Shown here: positions 1-7,056 of the stretch, piece after piece
Numbering within the stretch: the first letter of the stretch is position 1
Layout: the number at the start of each line of letters is the position of its first letter
Virus record (IMG/VR): IMGVR_UViG_3300022201_000002
Coordinates: 1-39,908 of that record
Length of the DNA stretch: 39,908 bases
Source of the DNA: a virus
Lineage: Duplodnaviria > Caudoviricetes
Reading direction: 5' to 3' (one strand)
Position numbers and translations under genes: made by a program
The notes under the pieces: model-generated
Databases searched by the model: none
What the model saw: the letters and a program-made list of their open reading frames with translations, nothing else
What the model was told of the DNA's origin: nothing

Positions 1-29
1 TACCAGACGGCAATGTAGGGAGCCTTTCA

Positions 30-422
30 TTGATCTGCCTCAATCTACCCATCCCGCCAAGCATGAACGAAATATGGAAGTATGGGAATAAGCGTGTCTA
101 CAAATCGCCTCGGTATGAACGATGGATCGAAGCGGCAGGTTATATTCTCAATACCCAGAAAGCAGGCCAAGAACCTATCAAAGGACATTTTCAGAGCTAT
201 GTGATTCTGTCGGAAAAACAAAGAGATAAGAGGTCGGACTTAGACAATCGCACGAAGGCCCTGTATGATCTGCTTGAACGGCATGGAATAATCGAAAATG
301 ATAAGCTCCAGGATGAAATGTGGATTCAATGGGGGCCAGAGGAAGAAGCTCCGATGGGATGTCGTGTATATATTTGGAAAACAGGAGGACTAAATGTCCA
401 TGAGCGATTGCATATCTGCTGA
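30..422 (+). CDS. rusA: RusA-family Holliday junction resolvase
   Basis: LPIPPSMN N-terminus and SDLDNRTKALYDLL...GIIENDK acidic catalytic motif; TTG start after GGGAG. Confidence 0.85.
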   Translation: MICLNLPIPPSMNEIWKYGNKRVYKSPRYERWIEAAGYILNTQKAGQEPIKGHFQSYVILSEKQRDKRSDLDNRTKALYDLLERHGIIENDKLQDEMWIQWGPEEEAPMGCRVYIWKTGGLNVHERLHIC

Positions 423-918
423 AGAACAAAAAACGCGCGATGCAGCGATTAAATCGGATTTAGAAGCCGATAGACTTATGTCGGAACATCATGAAAATCG
501 CCGAACAAAAATCCGGGAGAGACCAAGGCCGACAACACCTGATACGAAAAAAGCTTTGAATTTGCGTTATTTTCATCGGGTTATGTTGAATAGAGAATAC
601 ACAGAAGCGCTCAGAGAAGATATAGCCACGGCACGATTGGTGCAATCTAGGCCGGAAACGAAGATCAAGGGATCTGTCATTGTTAAGTCAGTGGCGCGGA
701 AACATGGGCTTCGGGTAGCAGATTTGAAGTCCCATTGCCGTTCAAAACATATCATGCCGGCCAGATTCGAAGCATGTTACGAGATGCGCCGTTTAACGCT
801 TCTCAGTATGCCACAAATAGGCAAAATCCTGGGCGGCCGGGATCATACGACAATCTTGCATGGAATCCGGCAGCACGCGATCAGGAATGGATTACCGCGC
901 CTTGATGGAGCGGGTTGA
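394..918 (+). CDS. DNA-binding protein with DnaA C-terminal (domain IV) HTH; no AAA+ domain
   Basis: VARKHGLRVADLKS..RSK....ARF.ACY.MR....LSMPQIGKILGGRDHTTILHG matches the Bac_DnaA_C signature. Confidence 0.85.
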   Translation: MSMSDCISAEEQKTRDAAIKSDLEADRLMSEHHENRRTKIRERPRPTTPDTKKALNLRYFHRVMLNREYTEALREDIATARLVQSRPETKIKGSVIVKSVARKHGLRVADLKSHCRSKHIMPARFEACYEMRRLTLLSMPQIGKILGGRDHTTILHGIRQHAIRNGLPRLDGAG

Positions 919-953
919 TTTAGCGGCCGAACTGCCAGAATGGGAGAACAAAA

Positions 954-1175
954 ATGGATTTAGTTGAGAAGGTGGCGCGCGTTCTTGCGAATATCGAAGA
1001 ACAGATTTACCCGGAAAATGACCATTGGGTTTTTTTTACAGAAGATGCTGAGGCCGCCATTGCTATCGTGATAGAGGAAGCGGCGAAACAGGCCGGCATA
1101 ACAATCGCTACTAATAATAATCAAAAAACATTGATGCGAAATGTGCAGACAGCTATCCGCGCTTTGAAGGAATAG
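954..1175 (+). CDS. Hypothetical phage protein
   Basis: GGGAG RBS; DLVEKVAR...A.AAI pattern seen in small phage proteins. Confidence 0.65.
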   Translation: MDLVEKVARVLANIEEQIYPENDHWVFFTEDAEAAIAIVIEEAAKQAGITIATNNNQKTLMRNVQTAIRALKE

Positions 1176-1274
1176 ATAATCCACCGGAATGAGCGGTTGA
1201 TTTCACGGCGCTAATGTGGCAAAAGGAAGGGGCCGGTCGCGGTGTGACGGCCAGCCCCTTAAAACAAATCGGCG

Positions 1275-1847
1275 ATGGAGGCCGACTTGAAATCTGATAT
1301 AAAACAGAAATCCCCGAAACGCAAGTCAATTAGCAAAAAACGTCGCTTTGAAATTTTCAAGCGCGATGGATTCGTATGCGGTTATTGCGGTGCACATCCG
1401 CCAGCAGTTGTTTTGCATCTTGATCATATCATTCCTATCAAGGATGGCGGAGATAATAGTGATTACAATCTTATAACGGCATGTGAAGGATGTAATCTAG
1501 GAAAGGCCGCTAATGCATTAAATGTAATACCTCAATCATTAAATGACCGAAAAAAAGAAATAGAAGAACGTGAAAGACAATTAGCCGGTTACCGCGAGAC
1601 GATACAGTCGCAAAAAGAACGCATTGAATCTGATATCAATGCCATTGATTCAGTGTTTCAGGAATATAGACCAGGCTATTGTTTTTCAGAAAGTGCACGC
1701 CGGTCTGTTCGGCAATTTCTAAAAATGCTGGAACCAGATGAAATCATTAATGCGCTTGATATCGCATATAATCGGTTAGAGGATCCAGAAGCCTTCCGAT
1801 ATTTCTGCGGAATATGTTGGCGAAAAATTCGGGAGATCGAAGAATGA
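1275..1847 (+). CDS. HNH endonuclease with C-terminal coiled/helical extension (true start may be TTG 1287)
   Basis: RFEIFKRDGFVCGYCG...LHLDHIIP...GG....NLITACEGCNLGK zinc-binding HNH motif; GGAGG at 1277-1281 precedes TTG 1287. Confidence 0.9.
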   Translation: MEADLKSDIKQKSPKRKSISKKRRFEIFKRDGFVCGYCGAHPPAVVLHLDHIIPIKDGGDNSDYNLITACEGCNLGKAANALNVIPQSLNDRKKEIEERERQLAGYRETIQSQKERIESDINAIDSVFQEYRPGYCFSESARRSVRQFLKMLEPDEIINALDIAYNRLEDPEAFRYFCGICWRKIREIEE

Positions 1848-2410
1848 GCAAAAAAGGTGTGTTTGCTGTTGATCGTGAATTTTTTGATCATCCGGTTTTT
1901 GCACCAGAACCATATACAGAGCGGGAAGCCTGGTTGTGGCTTATTAAGGAAGCCGCATGGAAGCCCTTAACCATCCGTGTTAGGAATGGCACAATGGATT
2001 TGAAAAGAGGGCAACTTGCTCATGCTACTCGCTATTTGGCGGTTCGATGGAAATGGTCTGAAGCCAAAGTGAGACGCTTTCTCAACAGGTTAAAAACCGC
2101 GTCGATGATAGCGACACAACCCGACGCTCGCGCGACGCTCATAACTATCTGTAATTACGACACTTATCAGCGTATTGGTTTACCATGTGACGCGCAGACG
2201 ACGCGCACGCGACGCAAAGAAGAAACATTAAAAAACATTGAAACAAAAGCGCGCGGGCGCGCGCGTATTTTTGTGGAAAAAGGAACAAAAGAATGGACCG
2301 CCTGGCAGGCGGTCAAACCACAACCTCCGATGCGGGCTGATGACGGTCGTCAAGGATGGTGGTATCCTTCATTGCTTCCAGAGCTAGACAAGGTTGAGGG
2401 CGAAGCATGA
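1844..2410 (+). CDS. Phage replication initiator (N-terminal winged-helix type)
   Basis: EREAWLWLI..A...LKRGQL...RYLA.RWKWS..KVRRFL..L..ITICNYD.YQ motif; ATG 1844 overlaps the HNH stop (ATGA). Confidence 0.75.
   Translation: MSKKGVFAVDREFFDHPVFAPEPYTEREAWLWLIKEAAWKPLTIRVRNGTMDLKRGQLAHATRYLAVRWKWSEAKVRRFLNRLKTASMIATQPDARATLITICNYDTYQRIGLPCDAQTTRTRRKEETLKNIETKARGRARIFVEKGTKEWTAWQAVKPQPPMRADDGRQGWWYPSLLPELDKVEGEA
2098..2250. promoter_or_regulatory. Putative replication origin: GACGC iteron-like repeats followed by an A-rich tract inside the initiator gene
   Basis: cgacgctcgcgcgacgctc and gtgacgcgcagacgacgcgcacgcgacgcaaa, then aaagaagaaacattaaaaaacattgaaacaaaa; same layout as ori within lambda O. 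Confidence 0.45.
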
Positions 2411-2547
2411 CCGGAATTTATGAATATGTTTCTCACAGTCGAGTCAAAACCTATTTGGCCAAAGGTTGGACGCTTGTTAGTGATTTGAAGGGAACGCATC
2501 ATGGCCATTGGTCCGTTTTGATGAAGGCTCCAGATGCAAATCAATGA
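2407..2547 (+). CDS. Small hypothetical protein (46 aa, MTGIYEYVSHSRVKTYLAKGW...THHGHWSVLM), below ORF-track cutoff
   Basis: ATGA overlap with the initiator stop; fills the gap and overlaps the MTase start. Confidence 0.65.
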   Translation: MTGIYEYVSHSRVKTYLAKGWTLVSDLKGTHHGHWSVLMKAPDANQ

Positions 2548-3649
2548 CGCAAAACTGATCCATGGCGATTGCATGGATGCCATGAAGGAACTGGACGATT
2601 GCAGCGTGCATTCATGTGTGACCGATCCGCCCTATGGTTTATCGTTCATGGGGAAAAAATGGGATTACGATATACCACCCGCCAGCCTATGGTTGGAAGT
2701 TCTGCGCGTTTTAAAGCCCGGCGGGCATCTTCTAGCTTTCTCAGGCACACGCACACAGCACCGCATGGTCTGTGCAATTGAGGACGCCGGCTTTGAAATC
2801 CGCGATATGATTTCCTGGATTTATGGGTCTGGGTTTCCGAAATCACACAATCTTGACGGTGAATGGCAAGGTTGGGGAACCGCCCTAAAGCCCGCTCTGG
2901 AGCCTGTCACAGTCGCTCGTAAGCCGTTCAAGGGAACGGTAGCAGCAAATGTTATAGAGTTTGGCACAGGGGCGTTGAATATTGATGGGTGTCGAATTCA
3001 TATAATGTCAGATGATCAAAATATGCGCAAACCAAGCGCGCCATATCAAAATGGCATTCCAATGCCCACTGGTACAAGTAAGGGTAGGCCCGTTGAAAAT
3101 CTTGATAAACAAGGTCGCTGGCCAGCCAATCTAATCCATGATGGCAGCGATGAGGTTGTGTTGGCGTTTCCGCAGACGCACGGGGCAGGGACATATCGAC
3201 GAGGGGAAACGTCTTGGGGTGGCTTCACCAGTGAGAATGAACAACGTCCAGCGATTGATGATGGAGGGTCATGCTCCCGGTTTTTCTACACTGCCAAGGC
3301 AAGCAAGGGTGACCGGGATAGTGGCGTTGCTGGCGTTGCTGACGTTGCTGGCGTAGGGGCATTACGTGACAATGGACGAGAATCAAAACCGCGCAAAAAC
3401 ATGCATCCAACGGTCAAGCCGACCGACCTTATGCGCTATCTATGCCGATTGGTGACACCACCACGAGGGGTTGTTCTAGATCCATTCATGGGCTCTGGAT
3501 CCACGGGAATGGCGGCGGAACTTGAAGGGTTCAAATTCATCGGCATCGAGCGAGAGCAAGAATATTTCGACATTGCAGCGCAACGGGTTCGCAAAGCAGG
3601 GGAACAGCCGGACATGTTTCTGCATTTTGAGGAAAGGGCATTTAGCTGA
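2534..3649 (+). CDS. Orphan DNA methyltransferase, N6-adenine/N4-cytosine, beta class
   Basis: N-terminal VTDPPY catalytic motif; C-terminal HPTVKP..LM.YL..LVTPP.GVVLDPFMGSGSTG SAM-binding motif. Confidence 0.93.
   Translation: MQINDAKLIHGDCMDAMKELDDCSVHSCVTDPPYGLSFMGKKWDYDIPPASLWLEVLRVLKPGGHLLAFSGTRTQHRMVCAIEDAGFEIRDMISWIYGSGFPKSHNLDGEWQGWGTALKPALEPVTVARKPFKGTVAANVIEFGTGALNIDGCRIHIMSDDQNMRKPSAPYQNGIPMPTGTSKGRPVENLDKQGRWPANLIHDGSDEVVLAFPQTHGAGTYRRGETSWGGFTSENEQRPAIDDGGSCSRFFYTAKASKGDRDSGVAGVADVAGVGALRDNGRESKPRKNMHPTVKPTDLMRYLCRLVTPPRGVVLDPFMGSGSTGMAAELEGFKFIGIEREQEYFDIAAQRVRKAGEQPDMFLHFEERAFS
3323..3354 (+). repeat. 9-bp tandem repeat (GGCGTTGCT x~3.5) within the MTase
   Basis: ggcgttgct ggcgttgct gacgttgct ggcgt, encoding GVAGVADVAGV. 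Confidence 0.8.
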
Positions 3650-4209
3650 TGGGTGTGGGGCGCAAACGGAAAACAGGGCCACGGCAACCAAATGGCCGGC
3701 CGGCTGAAAAATCAAAAGCTTTGCAGGCAAAAGAGAACATGGCGGTTGCTATAAACGGTCGCCAAAATGTGTTTGGGCTTTCTGAGGAAAAGGCAAAACA
3801 GCCACGGGCGGAAACTGAATTAGGCCGTTTAGCACTGGATGGCCTTCTATGCCCCAGAAACGAGGCCAGAAACGCCGCTTTGTATTTGGCGGGGGAATTC
3901 TGGCGGCAAACGAGAATGAATGCTGAGAGGGCCTTAGAATGCCGTAGAATGGCATCAGGCGGGGATATGGAACGAATCCGGGGATATGATGCCAGTGATG
4001 GAACGGATCTAGGATTTATCGAAAAATGCGAGCGGGCAATAAAGATCGATAACGAATTACGGCAATTTGTGGCTTATGGCAATGCGTTGGAAAAAACGAC
4101 GATTCCGGCAGCGGAAAATTGGGCAACGAGTAAATTTCGTCTTAGGCGCTTGAGGCATGAAACTGGCCGGGTTAAACGATACATGGATAAAAACGGCATA
4201 GTCGCTTGA
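3649..4209 (+). CDS. Hypothetical protein, possible late-transcription regulator (Q-equivalent position)
   Basis: Basic GRKRKTGPRQPNGR N-terminus; last gene of the replication operon, followed by TTGACA; function inferred from position only. Confidence 0.5.
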   Translation: MGVGRKRKTGPRQPNGRPAEKSKALQAKENMAVAINGRQNVFGLSEEKAKQPRAETELGRLALDGLLCPRNEARNAALYLAGEFWRQTRMNAERALECRRMASGGDMERIRGYDASDGTDLGFIEKCERAIKIDNELRQFVAYGNALEKTTIPAAENWATSKFRLRRLRHETGRVKRYMDKNGIVA

Positions 4210-4240
4210 CAAGGTAGTGCAAATCGGGCAATCGTAGAAA
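4205..4240 (+). promoter_or_regulatory. Possible late/moron promoter (perfect -35, poor -10)
   Basis: CTTGACA at 4205-4211 overlapping the upstream stop; no good -10 at 17 bp. Confidence 0.3.
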
Positions 4241-4346
4241 TGCAAGCTCAATCAGAGCGTCGAAATTCCTACATTGTGACTTATTCGCCACCCTTTCCAT
4301 TCCGAAAGGCGCTAAGCTTATGCGTCAATTCGGAAAGGAGAATGCA

Positions 4347-5057
4347 ATGAAACGATTTCTAGCAGTTTTGGTGGCTATGTTTCCGATGTCGGCTTATGCG
4401 GCTGATATTTGGGTCGAAACGCCGGGTGTTGAGGCGGCTACGGAAGCGCCAGCAAGCTGGACGGGTTTTAATATTGGTCTGTTTGCGGGATGGGGCAATG
4501 TCAACACGGACCTCACGGTTCCCGGCGATGATTGCAACATTTCACGAAAACGTTGTTTTCCGGGAGCATTTCTCGACGGACTAGGCCATGATGGCTACAC
4601 TATCGGTGGCTTGTTTGGTTACGATCAGCAGTTCGGTCGCATTGTTGTCGGTGCTCAGGCGGACTATGCATTTACGGATTTTGCCGCGTCCGGTGGAATC
4701 AATGGCATGGCCGGGTTCAGTGCCGATATGGACTATCAATGGTCGATAGTCGGCCGGGTTGGTATTCTGCCGCATGATGATTGGTTGTTTTCGATCCTTG
4801 GCGGTTGGACATGGGCTGGTTACGATGTCGCGGCATGGGCTGGTGATGACAGCGTGGCGTTCCCCGATGATTTTGACGGCTGGACGCTTGGTGGGTCGGT
4901 TGATGGCCGTATCACGGATAACATTTTCGCCCGGCTGGAATATCGTCACACGGATTTCGGATCGTCCCATATGGGCACGGAAATCGTGAACTTCGAGCCG
5001 ACAAGCGACGTGGCAACGTTGTCGATTGTCTACAAACTTAATCCTTTCGGGAGATAA
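4347..5057 (+). CDS. Outer-membrane beta-barrel protein, Omp25/Omp31/RopB-like (lysogenic-conversion moron)
   Basis: Signal peptide MKRFLAVLVAMFPMSAYA-AD; SWTGF.IG...GW, GG.FGYD.QFG..VVG..ADY, GWTLGG.VD..ITDNIFARLEYRHTDFG and terminal VYKL strand; AGGAG RBS before ATG 4347. Confidence 0.9.
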   Translation: MKRFLAVLVAMFPMSAYAADIWVETPGVEAATEAPASWTGFNIGLFAGWGNVNTDLTVPGDDCNISRKRCFPGAFLDGLGHDGYTIGGLFGYDQQFGRIVVGAQADYAFTDFAASGGINGMAGFSADMDYQWSIVGRVGILPHDDWLFSILGGWTWAGYDVAAWAGDDSVAFPDDFDGWTLGGSVDGRITDNIFARLEYRHTDFGSSHMGTEIVNFEPTSDVATLSIVYKLNPFGR

Positions 5058-5063
5058 GATTTA

Positions 5064-5339
5064 ATGAGTGAGGGGACGGTCAGAGAACTTGCGATGACGC
5101 ACTTCCGACACGCAGGTCTAGATCCCGTGTCAATCGAAGTGCGGACTTTTCCCGGGGAAACGATCGTAATTGTCGAGGTCGATACAGACTATGACCGCGC
5201 CATATCTTTGGCGAGCGAACTCGATGAGAAAATCGAGAATGGTTTCGTAACCGTTCGCCAAAGCGAGAAGCGTCCTCAAAGGAAACGATCGAAGCGTGTA
5301 AAGGGTGTACACGATGACAGGATGACTGAACTTATATAA
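5064..5339 (+). CDS. Hypothetical protein, possibly a truncated N-terminal fragment of a larger gene
   Basis: 91-aa ORF directly after the OMP; ends abruptly at RMTELI just before the structured tract. Confidence 0.5.
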   Translation: MSEGTVRELAMTHFRHAGLDPVSIEVRTFPGETIVIVEVDTDYDRAISLASELDEKIENGFVTVRQSEKRPQRKRSKRVKGVHDDRMTELI

Positions 5340-5345
5340 GGAGTT

Positions 5346-5436
5346 TGGTGCAACCCGATATTTAGCCAATATTGGGAAACTAGCGCAGTGATGAACGATG
5401 GATTGGCATCCTGGAAAGCTGTGTCGTTTTGCACCA
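5346..5436 (+). ncRNA. Putative structured RNA domain 1
   Basis: TGGTGCAA 5346-5353 pairs TTGCACCA 5429-5436; internal 9-bp hairpin 5354-5362/5368-5376; AACGATG 5394-5400/TGTCGTT 5422-5428. Confidence 0.4.
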
Positions 5437-5443
5437 TTCATTT

Positions 5444-5597
5444 CCATGGGGACGCGCTTCCGACAGCCCATGGTCATAGATTCTCGGAGCGTGATGGCAG
5501 AGTAGGGAGACGGTTCCTTGGATGCTATAGGGGACGCGAAACCGGTCAGTAGGTTGGGAACCTCGACGGAGGATGCTGATCGAATACCGGCCCCATG
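5444..5597 (+). ncRNA. Putative structured RNA domain 2
   Basis: CATGGGG 5445-5451 pairs CCCCATG 5591-5597; alternative CCATGGG/CCCATGG 5444-5473; CCGGT 5542-5546/ACCGG 5586-5590; AGGTT/AACCT hairpin; GGGGACGCG at 5448 and 5530. Confidence 0.35.
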
Positions 5598-5603
5598 CAA
5601 AGT

Positions 5604-5807
5604 TCAGCGCGGCGGCGTGGAAAGCAGACACGCTGAAGGGACAAAGCAGCCAACCGGGAAGGCGGTTGACCCAAGGGTGCACACTTAGCCCGTCCTTCTT
5701 ATGGTGTGTGAAGTGATCCGTAAGGTGAGCCAGATACCTGATGAATGCTGCGAGTGTCTTACGCGAGAGCGGAGATTATAGCCGGAGTAGCGCCCGGCCC
5801 GCGCTGA
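5604..5807 (+). ncRNA. tRNA-like RNA with acceptor, D and T arms and a ~147-nt structured insert replacing the anticodon/variable arms
   Basis: TCAGCGCGG 5604-5612/CCGCGCTGA 5799-5807; D-like GCGTG-GAAAGCAGA-CACGC 5615-5633; T-like GCCGG-AGTAGCGC-CCGGC 5781-5798 stacked directly on the closing stem. Confidence 0.55.
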
Positions 5808-5837
5808 TTTCGACGACAATCACGGAGAGGGAAGACG

Positions 5838-6143
5838 ATGAAACCTAAAAGCGAGCACGAGAAAGACCGCTCTGGTCATTTTTCAGATCACTGGGTTGTT
5901 ACCAAGAGTGCAACGCAGCCTTCGGCAGAGCAGATCAAAGCCGGTCAGGATCACACCGGCGCGCCGGCTGTCGACAGTGGCTCAACCCGGTATAGCGTTG
6001 GAACCGGTACTGAGATCGAAGTTACACCCGAGATGATCGAAGCGGGACTTCCCCATTTATATCGCTATCACCCGGAGCGAGGCGTTGATGAGGAAGAAAC
6101 TATTATTCGGATTTTTCGGGCGATGCTTTGCGTCGAGCGTTAA
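5838..6143 (+). CDS. Chimeric hypothetical protein: 31-aa segment homologous to the repeats of ORF 18460-19770 plus a EIEVTPEMIEAG...IFRAM phage module
   Basis: GGAGAGG RBS; WVVTKSATQPSAEQIKAGQDHTG matches the downstream repeats. Confidence 0.7.
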   Translation: MKPKSEHEKDRSGHFSDHWVVTKSATQPSAEQIKAGQDHTGAPAVDSGSTRYSVGTGTEIEVTPEMIEAGLPHLYRYHPERGVDEEETIIRIFRAMLCVER

Positions 6144-6179
6144 GCACGCCTTCGAAGCCGCCTAATCGGGGAGCCGATT

Positions 6180-6350
6180 ATGCCTTTCAAGAAAGTCGGC
6201 AAAAATAAATATAAAAGCCCATCAGGCCGCACATATACGGGAAAGCAGGTGCGAATGTATCATGCCAATGATGGCTTTCCAGACAGCGTTAAAAAAGTGG
6301 CGAAGGCCATGAGTAAGAAAAAGAAACAGAAGGCAGCGCATGGCTACTGA
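6180..6350 (+). CDS. Small Lys-rich protein (56 aa, MPFKKVGKNKYKSPSGRTYTGKQVRMYHANDGF...), below ORF-track cutoff
   Basis: GGGAG RBS upstream; open frame ATG 6180 to TGA 6348-6350. Confidence 0.65.
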   Translation: MPFKKVGKNKYKSPSGRTYTGKQVRMYHANDGFPDSVKKVAKAMSKKKKQKAAHGY

Positions 6351-6547
6351 GGCCAGTCTGGTGGTCGATAGCCTTTCAAATAAGCTTCCATAAGCCGGCG
6401 TTGCGGTTCACGGATAGAACGCTCCCCGGTTTCCATTTTGCGCATCTGTTGCGCGGCGTGCTGCCCTTCATAGCCTAGCATAGCGGCCATTTTGGAAAGG
6501 GAAAGGCCCAGCTTGAGCCGGGCCTGTTTGAGTTCGGAGGGGGTCAT
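6344..6547 (-). CDS. XRE-family HTH transcriptional regulator
   Basis: MTPSELKQARLKLGLSLSKMAAMLGY......RKMETGERSI; TAATG-coupled to the upstream LPD29 gene. Confidence 0.85.
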   Translation of the reverse strand: MTPSELKQARLKLGLSLSKMAAMLGYEGQHAAQQMRKMETGERSIREPQRRLMEAYLKGYRPPDWPQ

Positions 6548-7032
6548 TAGCCTGACCTGCCCATTGTGTATGAAGCTGCTGTTTTGCTGTGTAGTGCTTT
6601 GATGATTTGCGCGTTATATGCGAAACATTTGGCTTCATCATCTTGGGGCCAGCGTTGGCGAGCATTATTCCAGAAATCACATTTCCGAGCACCATCAGCA
6701 CGGTCCCAGACCTTGCGAGCCGTCTCAATCCATTCATCGCTCAACTCGCGATTGGCAAAAATGAAATCGGCACCTAAGGAAATTTCTTCGCCGTCGTGCA
6801 TATGGTAGTTGAAGCCTTTGTAATCGGTCATGCCGTCGAAATATCCACCAGAGAGAGGGAGGACCAAATCCTGCACATCCCATTGCGTGGGGCCATCGGT
6901 CCAATTTATGTTAATGGATGCACCGCCAGAATATTTTTTGGTGCGGACTGAGAACTTGACACCGGGGAAGGCTTCTTTAAGAACCTTGCGGATGATTTTG
7001 GCATGATCGGCTGCGTCGATATATCTGGTCAT
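6547..7032 (-). CDS. LPD29 (large polyvalent protein-associated domain 29)-like protein
   Basis: AK.IRK.LK.AFPGVKFSVR...YSGGASI.I.WTDGPT..DV......GGYFDGMTDYK; AGGAGA RBS supports ATG 7032 rather than 7119. Confidence 0.8.
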   Translation of the reverse strand: MTRYIDAADHAKIIRKVLKEAFPGVKFSVRTKKYSGGASININWTDGPTQWDVQDLVLPLSGGYFDGMTDYKGFNYHMHDGEEISLGADFIFANRELSDEWIETARKVWDRADGARKCDFWNNARQRWPQDDEAKCFAYNAQIIKALHSKTAASYTMGRSG

Positions 7033-7056
7033 CTGTTTCTCCTTTGCTATGATGTT

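Noticed and set aside
913-1225. Repeated GGTTGATTT (near 913 and 1195) as promoters
   Set aside because: Spacing to a -10 is wrong (15 bp) in the first and the -10 is poor in the second; two 9-mers can be chance
1275-3649. HNH plus methyltransferase as a restriction-modification pair
   Set aside because: Separated by the replication initiator; both gene types are common as independent orphans in phage replication regions
5130-5682. Minus-strand ORFs 5130-5600 and 5380-5682
   Set aside because: Overlap each other and a + strand gene, no recognisable motif or RBS, atypical composition
5738-5780. Hammerhead ribozyme suggested by CTGATGA
   Set aside because: No stem II followed by GAAA downstream, so the catalytic core cannot be completed
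5604-5807. Canonical tRNA, intron-containing tRNA or tmRNA
   Set aside because: T-loop lacks TTCRA, no CCA, no identifiable anticodon arm; the insert shows no group I/II intron core I can recognise; tmRNA lacks a D-stem and no tag frame is evident. Kept only as tRNA-like
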